20,710 bases of DNA from assembly GCA_051748045.1 (NCBI GenBank), contig JBNJGY010000039.1, positions 1 through 20,710 of the forward strand, written 5' to 3'. Source of the stretch: Thermotogota bacterium (GTDB lineage: Bacteria; Thermotogota; Thermotogae; Petrotogales; Petrotogaceae). The position numbers were made by a program, and so were the translations under genes. The notes beneath the pieces are model-generated. The model was not told the DNA's origin. It was given only the letters and a program-made list of their open reading frames with translations, and made no database searches. Below, one piece after another: positions 9,578 through 17,584 of the stretch (the stretch's first letter is position 1; the number at the start of each line of letters is the position of its first letter).

Positions 9578-10023
9578 AAAGGTAACTTACCATTAAGTAA
9601 ATAAGAGAATGCTTTATTTGCATGTATGTTGTTTTATGAATGTAGATAAATAATCTCTAATTCGGGGAAATATTAATGCACCTCCCAATGACCGGAAGCA
9701 TCCAGATATTATTCCTTATTATGAATACATGATATTACGTATACGTGTTCACAATAATTACCAGACTGCTGCAAACAGATTTTTTCAAAATCTTTCTGAA
9801 AAAATCAAGAAAACAGAAATAAAATATCCTGGAAAAGGATGGACTATTTTCTATGAATTAAGATAACTTATATAACTCATATTTTATGGAATTTAGGTTT
9901 AGCTAAATTTCCTTAGAATGAAGAAGCAGGATATTTGGGAGTTTCATGACGGATTTATATATCTGCACAAAAAACACATGTTTTTTATTTTTAAAGTTTC
10001 TTTATGAGCCCCTTACTTTTTTA

Positions 10024-13000
10024 TCAAGATGAAATGCTTGTGGCTATAATGTTATCGCTTTCTTCCAAGGTCGTGTTTATTATTTTTAAAATATACTCTA
10101 AAAATTCCATTTCCGATTCATCTGTTCCATTAATCAGATATGAGGGTATATTTTCAAAAAAATCAGATTTACTGCAGGGTAGATAATAAACTAGTGCTTC
10201 TATTACAGCCGGTCTTAAAAGCTTTTTATTTTTATCCGTATTTGTATATTTTTTTGAAATAACTTCATTGTCGAATACAATAAGTTTGTCTTTAAGGTCG
10301 AGACCATGAAATGAAAAATCTTCGGGCTGAAAATAGTCTTTATTATTTTTCTGTATGATATTTTCTATTTCATTTATTATATCTTTATCCTGACTACTAG
10401 TTAGATCTTTTATTTCGTGTAGTTTTTTTATGATTGGAGCTGTTTGAGCTTCAGGGTTTTTAAACCAGTCAGGAGACCAAATTCTTGTAATTGTCCAGCC
10501 CAGATTTTTTAATACACCCTCTCTGAGTCTATCTCTATCTCGTGTTGAGTTTGCAGATGTGTATGTTGTTCCATCATATTCAATACCCATTAAATAATGG
10601 CCCGGATTTTCAGGTGCAATAACCGCAAGATCAATAAAAAATCCAGAAGCACCTACTTTTGGTGTGCACTTAAATCCTTCTTTTGATAGAATATCTGATA
10701 AATGTTTTTCGAAACTGCTTTCAATATAATTCTTATTTATTACTTTATTATCCCCCAATTTACCTGTTTCACAATATTTAAGTAGGTTTTTTAATGTCTT
10801 TATACCTTTTTTGGCTTTTGAGTCTATAACTATATCCTGAGAATCCATAGAACTGAAAACATGCATTCGTTTTTTGGAACGTGTAAGTAGTACATTCATC
10901 CTTCGCCAGCCGGAATCTGTGTTAATGGGACCGAACCTTTTTGGTACTTTGCCTCCAGGTTCTTTTGGGCCGTATGTCAAAGATACAAATATAACATCAC
11001 GCTCGTCTCCCTGAACATTTTCCAGATTTTTTATAAATAAAGATTCTTGTTTTTCTGAGTTACTCTCAAGCATTTTTTGGAATTCAGAATCTTCTTTTGC
11101 TAGTGATTCAACCGTTTGTTCTATTCTGTTTCTCTGCTCAGAGCTCATTGCGATAATCCCAATTGATTCATCGGGATTATTATGAAAATGATGCTTTAAT
11201 GTATCAGTAATTATTTGTGCTTCGTCAATATTTTTTCTATTTATAAAACAACCATTTTTTATTCTTGAGTATTTGATTCCGTAACTTCCATTCTCTTTGC
11301 TTGGCGAAGGAAACAAAATCAGATCGCTGTCATAAAAATAATAGTTCGAAAAGGCAATAAGGCTTTGATGTTGAGAACGATAATGCCATCTAAGTCTTCG
11401 GCAGGTAAACATAGGTATAGATGCATCAAGGATGCTTTCTGATTCTTCAAGGCATGTAGGATCATAGGCTTCGGACTCAATTGTTCTGTCAAAAAAACTA
11501 GTTGGAGGCAGTTGTTTTGGATCACCAACTACAACTAGTTGTTTTCCTCGAGCAATAGTACTCAAAGCATCTTCAGGCTTAATCTGTGAAGCTTCGTCCA
11601 TTATAATGAGATCAAATTCGAATTTTCCAGCTTCAAGATATTGAGAGACAGACATTGGCCCCATCATAAAACAGGGCTTTAAAGACATTAATGCGTTTCC
11701 TGCTCTTTTGAAAAGTCCTCTTATAGGGGTTTTGGGTCTTTTAAGACTGCATTCATGCCTTAGTAAGGATAACTCGGTATATTCGCTTATTTTACCTCCT
11801 CGATATCCTTGTGGAACATCAATATTGTCGATATTTGCGGCTATTTTTTCACACTGAAGAGTTTTAAGCCTATTGTCGTATTCTTTGAAATTATTTTGAA
11901 TAGTTTGATGCCTGCTCCCTGAAAATTCTGCTAATTGAGGGTTTTCTATCAATACTTCCCTTGCAAGGAAGTCAAAAAATGAAGCCAGGTAAGTGTTTTT
12001 AACCTGATCTATTTTAAGTTTGCCTTTTTCAACAAGATTTGTAATTTTATAAAAGCCCGTATCATTTGTCCTTTTTAGTTCTCTAATATAGTCAATCCAA
12101 TTTTGTAGAGCAGGAATATCATTTAATGCTTTTTTATTTTTTTTCATTATATTTTTAAGTTCTTTACCGAGGCTAAGTGTCCACTGATTATAATTTATTT
12201 CTGTAGTATTTCTGAAATCATTATATTTTTCTCTGGATAAAACTATATATTTTTTTATTTTTTCAGATTGTTTAAAAAGAAAATTGAATTTTTTTTCAGA
12301 AGAATTCATTAAGGCCATTTTTTTAGCTTCATTACTATTTAGTCTGAGATTAATAAGGGACGCTGCTTCAATAGTATGTTTTAATATTAAAAGCCCCTTT
12401 TTGTTAGGTTTGTCAATACCAGGCTGGAGACTGAGTTTACCTTTAAAAATAGTATCGTCGAAGTTTAGTTTTATCCATTTGTCATGGTTCTGCTGCAATT
12501 TAACGAGCCTTTCTATAAGCTCAGATAAATCATTTATATACATAGAATCATTTATAATATGCTTTATATTAATAAAAGCTTCTTCTAATTCAGAGATAAA
12601 ATTTTTATTTATTCCTTTTTCTCCAATAATAGAGTAATTATTCTTAACCACTTCGTTTAACTGATTAAAAATGCCGGCTTTAGAATTAAGCTCATTTAGT
12701 ATTTTTTCAATATTATATATTATTCCCTCTTCATAAAGATATCTGATTGTTTGTCCATCTTTTTGATCAAGTTTGATAATAGAGTTACCTATATTTGCTC
12801 TGTCTTCTGAAAGAATTCCATATTCCATACGGATTGATTTATACCAGTTTCTTAAAGACACGAGCATATCAATATCTGTATCAGATCCTTTAGCATGTCT
12901 CCCAAGCGTCCTTTGGTAGTCTGGATTTGCTTTGATTTGGTTCTTTAAGTTTATAAAATCTATAAGCATGTTTGTGTAAGAGTATAACTTTGAAAATTTC

Positions 13001-15486
13001 AATTTATTATCTATACTTAAACTTTTTAATTTATTTCTTGACTTATGCCAGCTCCTGGAAAACCAACGAAATATATTTTTAGAGTTTATTTCAGATTGAA
13101 GGTCAATAATTTCATTGATATCAGGTAGTATTTTTAAGTTAAAAATATTTTTCAGTTTATTTTCGAGTTCATTCAGCGTATTAATTTCCTGTTTTAGTTT
13201 GGGCAAAAAATTATCAAGCTCATCGTTTTCGAACAAACTGTCTCTGTAATGCCAACAATAGGGGGGCAGACTTACTACTAACTCAATTATTTTTTTAACC
13301 TCCTTAATACCCGCTGGTGTCATGTTTAAAATTTTTTCTGAAGAACAGCCAAGTGCTTTTTTTATATTTTTTATTGGAGTACTAAGATTTAATATAGCGG
13401 TATATGTTTTTTTTACAGAGTAAAGTTCTCTTTCTATGGTAGCAGGTTTAACAGAAGAATTGATATGACGTTTTAAAAGAACAAAACTTTTTTTATAACT
13501 TTCTGTTTTTGAGAGATTTTCTAGTATTTTAGAGCCTGTTTTTTTAGAGATATCTCTATATTCTTTTTGTATAAGTATAAACAGATTGTAGTAATTTTTT
13601 ACATTAACAAGATCATTCCCAATAATTCTGGGTATGCTTTTGTGGTCAACATTTTTTTTGATTTTTGATAATTTTTCAATATCTTCAGCTATAATAGTCA
13701 ACTCATCCAATGATTTTAAAAACAAATCATCTTTTACATCTAATTCAGTGTAAAGATCTGTTAATGCAGCTGAAAGAGAAGCCAGACTTGTTTGCCAGTT
13801 TAAAAGTTTTTTTTCTACATTTTCGAGATCAAATATCTGTAAATGCGGGTTATATAGCCCATACCAAGGGTGATTTTCAATTTGGTTTTTATCTTTAAGC
13901 TGGCTGGATATATCATTGTATGCATTTATATATGCTTTTATTTGATCTTTGTTTTTTCTTTGAATATCTCTTGTTAATTTCCATCCGTCAAAATTTTCCA
14001 GATGAAGTTCAGAAGGATTGATTTTTGACAAACTTCTATAAAATGATGCTGAGGTAAAAATGTGATGTATTTTTATGCCTGTATTTTTCCATTTGGATTT
14101 AATTAAATTTACATGACCTGAAAGAGTTTGTTTATGCTCCTCGAATCTCGATATTTCATTGTTTATTTTCGAAGGGCTTCTATAACGACCTTTATTATTA
14201 AGTCTTAAATTAATTTCATCCAAAACTTTTCTTTTTTGTGAGTTATGACTGTGGAGTTCAAGACAAAAATCTCCAAGGCCGGCCTGGTCCAGCCGATTTT
14301 TTACTACTTCAAGTGCTGCAAGCTTTTCAGCAACAAAAAGTACTCTTTTTTTTTGAGACATTGCTGCAGCAATTATGTTTGTAATTGTCTGAGATTTTCC
14401 TGTTCCAGGAGGACCTTCTATAACAAGATTTTTACCTTTAACTGCGTCAATTACTGCACTGTGTTGTGAACTGTCAGCATCATATATAATAGGGTAGTCT
14501 GTATGGACATTATCAATTTCATCTATTAAATGCTCTTCATTAAAACTTTTATTTATTTTTGATTTGACTTCCCGGCCTGTAAGAAACTCTGAAACTATTG
14601 GATGATGGGTAATTTTATATCCAGCTGGCCAGTTGGAAGGATCAAGGTCAAGGTACATTAATAATTTATTAAAGTTAAGCAATGCAAGTGAAATATATCT
14701 TTTCACCTGCCATTCAGGTTTGTTAAATTTAATTAAGTTTTCTACTTTATGCAAGTATTTTTCAGGGGTACTTAGTTCATCCAGTTCAGGTAAAGCCATA
14801 GAAAAATCGTTTTTTAATTTTTCTCTTAAAGAAAGATTTGGGATTATATCTTCACCTGAATATTTTAATGTATATTCATATATACTTGTTTCAGGGTTTA
14901 ATCTTCCTTTATGTATCCTAACAGGAATAAGGAATAGAGGAGCAACATAAGGATTCTTTGCTTTATCTTCAAACCATTGGAGGAATCCAAAAGACATGTA
15001 TAAAATATTAGCTCCGGTTTCCAAAATAGCTGACTGAGAACTTTGAAGCAGATTTTTTAATTTTGATTCCATTTCATGAGGGTAGTGTAGAACCTGAATG
15101 GCATTATCTTGATGCTTCTCAAGCTGAGTCTCCCTCTCTGAAGGTTTAGGTACTTGATATTCTGTTTTAAGTCCTTTGTGTTTTGCCCAATCTTCGGCTG
15201 ATGGATAGTTTTTAGTCGAAGAAGTTTGATTTGTATCTGGATCAATGTAAATATAACCTGCTTCTTCCAGCTCATCAATTTTAGGCTCAGGTACAGGAAT
15301 AAATCTCATTTCTTTATCAGCTAAAAGTTCATTAGCAAGTTGATCAGGTAGTTCGTCAATTATTCTTAGACTGTTTTTTTTAGAATGTTTGAAATTTATT
15401 AGACTGTTTTTTGCTGAAAGATCTAAAAGTCTTAAACGAAGGTTATCTAATGCTTTTTTAGCTGTCGAGTTAGGTTCTGTAATCAT
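10024..15486 (-). CDS. hheA: DUF4011 - SF1 (UPF1/DNA2-like) helicase - Vsr/DUF559-like nuclease; Hhe-type anti-phage protein
   Basis: N-terminal LRLRLLDLSAKNSLINF and GANILYMSFGFLQW...APLFLIPV (DUF4011). ADSSQ, Walker A GPPGTGKS, FVAEKLAAL, Walker B MDEASQ, VGDPKQLPP, HYRS, ENVQGDERD, RRMNVLLTRSK. C-terminal IDLAV...GIEYDG...RDRDRLR..VL..LGW..RIWS.DW. Confidence 0.85.
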   Translation of the reverse strand: MITEPNSTAKKALDNLRLRLLDLSAKNSLINFKHSKKNSLRIIDELPDQLANELLADKEMRFIPVPEPKIDELEEAGYIYIDPDTNQTSSTKNYPSAEDWAKHKGLKTEYQVPKPSERETQLEKHQDNAIQVLHYPHEMESKLKNLLQSSQSAILETGANILYMSFGFLQWFEDKAKNPYVAPLFLIPVRIHKGRLNPETSIYEYTLKYSGEDIIPNLSLREKLKNDFSMALPELDELSTPEKYLHKVENLIKFNKPEWQVKRYISLALLNFNKLLMYLDLDPSNWPAGYKITHHPIVSEFLTGREVKSKINKSFNEEHLIDEIDNVHTDYPIIYDADSSQHSAVIDAVKGKNLVIEGPPGTGKSQTITNIIAAAMSQKKRVLFVAEKLAALEVVKNRLDQAGLGDFCLELHSHNSQKRKVLDEINLRLNNKGRYRSPSKINNEISRFEEHKQTLSGHVNLIKSKWKNTGIKIHHIFTSASFYRSLSKINPSELHLENFDGWKLTRDIQRKNKDQIKAYINAYNDISSQLKDKNQIENHPWYGLYNPHLQIFDLENVEKKLLNWQTSLASLSAALTDLYTELDVKDDLFLKSLDELTIIAEDIEKLSKIKKNVDHKSIPRIIGNDLVNVKNYYNLFILIQKEYRDISKKTGSKILENLSKTESYKKSFVLLKRHINSSVKPATIERELYSVKKTYTAILNLSTPIKNIKKALGCSSEKILNMTPAGIKEVKKIIELVVSLPPYCWHYRDSLFENDELDNFLPKLKQEINTLNELENKLKNIFNLKILPDINEIIDLQSEINSKNIFRWFSRSWHKSRNKLKSLSIDNKLKFSKLYSYTNMLIDFINLKNQIKANPDYQRTLGRHAKGSDTDIDMLVSLRNWYKSIRMEYGILSEDRANIGNSIIKLDQKDGQTIRYLYEEGIIYNIEKILNELNSKAGIFNQLNEVVKNNYSIIGEKGINKNFISELEEAFINIKHIINDSMYINDLSELIERLVKLQQNHDKWIKLNFDDTIFKGKLSLQPGIDKPNKKGLLILKHTIEAASLINLRLNSNEAKKMALMNSSEKKFNFLFKQSEKIKKYIVLSREKYNDFRNTTEINYNQWTLSLGKELKNIMKKNKKALNDIPALQNWIDYIRELKRTNDTGFYKITNLVEKGKLKIDQVKNTYLASFFDFLAREVLIENPQLAEFSGSRHQTIQNNFKEYDNRLKTLQCEKIAANIDNIDVPQGYRGGKISEYTELSLLRHECSLKRPKTPIRGLFKRAGNALMSLKPCFMMGPMSVSQYLEAGKFEFDLIIMDEASQIKPEDALSTIARGKQLVVVGDPKQLPPTSFFDRTIESEAYDPTCLEESESILDASIPMFTCRRLRWHYRSQHQSLIAFSNYYFYDSDLILFPSPSKENGSYGIKYSRIKNGCFINRKNIDEAQIITDTLKHHFHNNPDESIGIIAMSSEQRNRIEQTVESLAKEDSEFQKMLESNSEKQESLFIKNLENVQGDERDVIFVSLTYGPKEPGGKVPKRFGPINTDSGWRRMNVLLTRSKKRMHVFSSMDSQDIVIDSKAKKGIKTLKNLLKYCETGKLGDNKVINKNYIESSFEKHLSDILSKEGFKCTPKVGASGFFIDLAVIAPENPGHYLMGIEYDGTTYTSANSTRDRDRLREGVLKNLGWTITRIWSPDWFKNPEAQTAPIIKKLHEIKDLTSSQDKDIINEIENIIQKNNKDYFQPEDFSFHGLDLKDKLIVFDNEVISKKYTNTDKNKKLLRPAVIEALVYYLPCSKSDFFENIPSYLINGTDESEMEFLEYILKIINTTLEESDNIIATSISS

Positions 15487-15714
15487 AGTTGATATAGGCC
15501 TTAAATATTATATTTTTAAACATAATCCTGATTGTTGGATAAATAAATTCGTTTTTATCAGAGTGCAGAAAAAAGAACAATATTGGATTTATTCATATTT
15601 TGGAGAATATATAATGAATATTAAATTTAAACTTTACCTTATATGATATTTTAAGTTATATGAAGCTTTATAATAAAATATTTAATTAACGCTGGCATTA
15701 AAGGAGATGACGTT

Positions 15715-16290
15715 GTGATTGAATTCTTTTGCGATATTTGTGGTATTAGGCACAAGGTTGATGATGTTAAAGCGGGTCAAAGAGGAAAGTGTCCAAATTG
15801 CAATGCAGTTATTACTGTCCCAGAGGCTTCGCAATCAGGAATTATCTTTGATGAAGAAGAGCTGATATGTAAGGATTCAGATTTACAGCAGGTTTATGAT
15901 TTTATTGTTAAAAGCTATGGCGATAGAATAGTAAGGCATACAATATTTCCAAATGATATATTACTATTTGAATTACCAGTTGATAAGCTAGCTAAAAGAA
16001 CCCAGTCAGTATATTTGGCTAAATTTTATATAGAAATGCTTTTGGCTAATAAATTTGCTATATATAGTGAGGTAGGTGAGATAACAATGGACGAAGCGGC
16101 TGTCTTTGCCATACGGCTTGCTAACCAGAGTCCTTTTGGACAAATTGTATTAGATGATAATAATATTATGGGTGTTAGAATGCTTATAGATATTGAAAAA
16201 GATCTACAGGAAATTTTCACTTGTATGTTGGAAATAGCTGTGTTGGCAGATAAACTGGAAGAACAAATTTTTAATTGGGACAAAAAATAA
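15715..16290 (+). CDS. Zinc-ribbon protein with a C-terminal YbjN/CesT (type III secretion chaperone)-like domain
   Basis: GTG start with AAGGAG at 15701-15706. N-terminal CDIC...CPNC ribbon ending ITVP. The C-terminal pattern RTQSVY...IYSEVG...LANQSPFGQIVL...EIAVLADKLEEQI resembles the YbjN/CesT fold. The gene is well supported; the fold is an inference. Confidence 0.65.
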   Translation: MIEFFCDICGIRHKVDDVKAGQRGKCPNCNAVITVPEASQSGIIFDEEELICKDSDLQQVYDFIVKSYGDRIVRHTIFPNDILLFELPVDKLAKRTQSVYLAKFYIEMLLANKFAIYSEVGEITMDEAAVFAIRLANQSPFGQIVLDDNNIMGVRMLIDIEKDLQEIFTCMLEIAVLADKLEEQIFNWDKK

Positions 16291-16397
16291 ATTTATACTT
16301 GAATTATCAATAAATAATTTTTTGGCTGCTAAAAGCTCCAGTGCTAAAAAATTTGACACGCACTTTTAATAATGGCTGCTATATTTTTTCAAATATT

Positions 16398-16584
16398 CTA
16401 AACGCTCAATAAACCTCATCTACCCAGGCAGGATTTTATGAGATAGAATTAATATCAGGCAGCTTTTTGAATTCGATATACCAGGGAACCTGAGATCTAT
16501 AATCATCTTCATTCATTACATCAGGAAGTTTTGGAATAAGATGTCTTAGGAACCAAATGGTTCTATTTTATTTGCTTTTGCAAA
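16398..16584 (-). mobile_element. Degenerate IS66-family right-end remnant (TnpC C-terminal fragment plus decayed terminal inverted repeat)
   Basis: The minus strand reads FAKANKIEPF, then after a 1-nt frameshift WFLRHLIPKLPDVMNEDDYRSQVPWYIEFKKLPDINSIS* (stop 16436-16438). This matches the TnpC tail 'AKANG.EP..YLR.L...LP.....D...LLPW'. CTAAACGCTCAATAAACC (+, 16398-16415) resembles the IS66 end GTAAGCG... with two mismatches. Confidence 0.7.
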
Positions 16585-16609
16585 GTTGTTGTAATTTTGT
16601 TGAAAAAAA

Positions 16610-17503
16610 TCATTTTTCTATAATCTGATAAAACAATTCGTTATCATGGGGTTGTTTCATTGCCAGCTTGTGGCTGTTAAGCTTTTCTTTAAGCATATTT
16701 TTTCTTTGTTGTATTTTATCTGCGGGGATTTTTTCAAGTCCTTCAAAAAAATAGTTAAGAAAATTTTGGTACTCATTAATTATAAGTGATAGCTGGGATT
16801 CGTTATAATTAAGAAAGTTCAAAAGATTTAAATATACATAAATAAAATGAACTCTATGGTCTTGATAGTTTTTCAAGTCAAGCCCTGAATGAAACATAAG
16901 CATATCAATTATCCAGATATATGGTTTTAGATCTGTTCTGATCTCAGGCTCTTTATGCAGGGGATAAAATTTAATGTTGTTTACAGGAAATTCGTTGAGG
17001 AGATTTAAAAAAATATTTTTGTTAAAATTTGAAAGAAGTCTGTTTTTATATTCATCAGGTAAAATTTCAGGAGGCAGAACCACATCGAATGCCATATCTT
17101 TATTTTTATTTATAAATGCAAGGTTTAATATGCTGAGTTCATAGGTTGAAAGGCTATGAAGGAAAGAATCGTTTTTATAAAAAAACTCTATAGGTTGTAG
17201 GTCTTCAATATCGAATTCAATATCAAAGGTTGAATCATTATTAATAAAATCTGTTTTTTCATCAAATTTTGAATCTCCAATAAATTTATTAAATCTGAAA
17301 AGAAGGTCTTCATTATTAAAATACTCCGGGGGTGCAGATGTTTCATTTTCCTTTATTTCATAAAGAAAGCATAAAGTATTAATGAATTCATTTTCACGTA
17401 TTTTAAAATATTCTTCAAAACTTATGTTGTGGTTGTTAGTTATAAAATCAGCTAATAAATTTAAATACTCTTTTTTCTTCATTTTTTCAGCTACTTTAAA
17501 CAT
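16610..17503 (-). CDS. Hypothetical protein (297 aa), no recognisable domain
   Basis: ATG preceded by AAGGAG (AAAAAGGAGTTTCATG on the minus strand). Lies 81 bp downstream of hsdR on the same strand. Rich in N/F/I/E, with no obvious signal peptide. Confidence 0.8.
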   Translation of the reverse strand: MFKVAEKMKKKEYLNLLADFITNNHNISFEEYFKIRENEFINTLCFLYEIKENETSAPPEYFNNEDLLFRFNKFIGDSKFDEKTDFINNDSTFDIEFDIEDLQPIEFFYKNDSFLHSLSTYELSILNLAFINKNKDMAFDVVLPPEILPDEYKNRLLSNFNKNIFLNLLNEFPVNNIKFYPLHKEPEIRTDLKPYIWIIDMLMFHSGLDLKNYQDHRVHFIYVYLNLLNFLNYNESQLSLIINEYQNFLNYFFEGLEKIPADKIQQRKNMLKEKLNSHKLAMKQPHDNELFYQIIEK

Positions 17504-17526
17504 GAAACTCCTTTTTATTCTAACTA

Positions 17527-17555
17527 ATAATAGTTCAATTTGAGTTGATGGTAAA
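17527..17555 (-). promoter_or_regulatory. Possible sigma70 promoter for the 297-aa gene
   Basis: Minus strand TTTACC-N17-TATTAT just upstream of the RBS. Matches like this arise easily in AT-rich DNA. Confidence 0.3.
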
Positions 17556-17584
17556 TTAATTGGGTGTTAGTTGAAATATAAAAA

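Noticed and set aside
9581-9591. Perfect mini-palindrome GGTAA-C-TTACC just after the helicase stop
   Set aside because: Too short for a terminator stem, no U-tract, and spacing differs from the 7-5-7 box at 108-126.
9888-9986. Two AT-rich inverted repeats (GGAATTTAG...CTAAATTTCC at 9888-9912; AAAAAACA-CA-TGTTTTTT at 9969-9986) as terminators between convergent genes
   Set aside because: The stems are weak and AT-rich and expected by chance at this composition; they cannot be supported as intrinsic terminators.
10004-15646. Short ORFs overlapping hhe (10004-10186, 11319-11528, 12284-12637, 13710-13898, 14245-14469, 14633-14950, 15057-15278, 15389-15646)
   Set aside because: Antisense or out-of-frame within the 1820-aa gene, with no recognisable motifs.
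16026-16283. 85-aa minus-strand ORF
   Set aside because: Antisense shadow of the 191-aa gene, which has the RBS and the zinc ribbon.
16323-16381. 9-bp direct repeat TGGCTGCTA (16323-16331, 16373-16381) with TTGACA between the copies
   Set aside because: Only two copies, they do not flank the IS relic so are not a target-site duplication, and no -10 lies at proper spacing from TTGACA.
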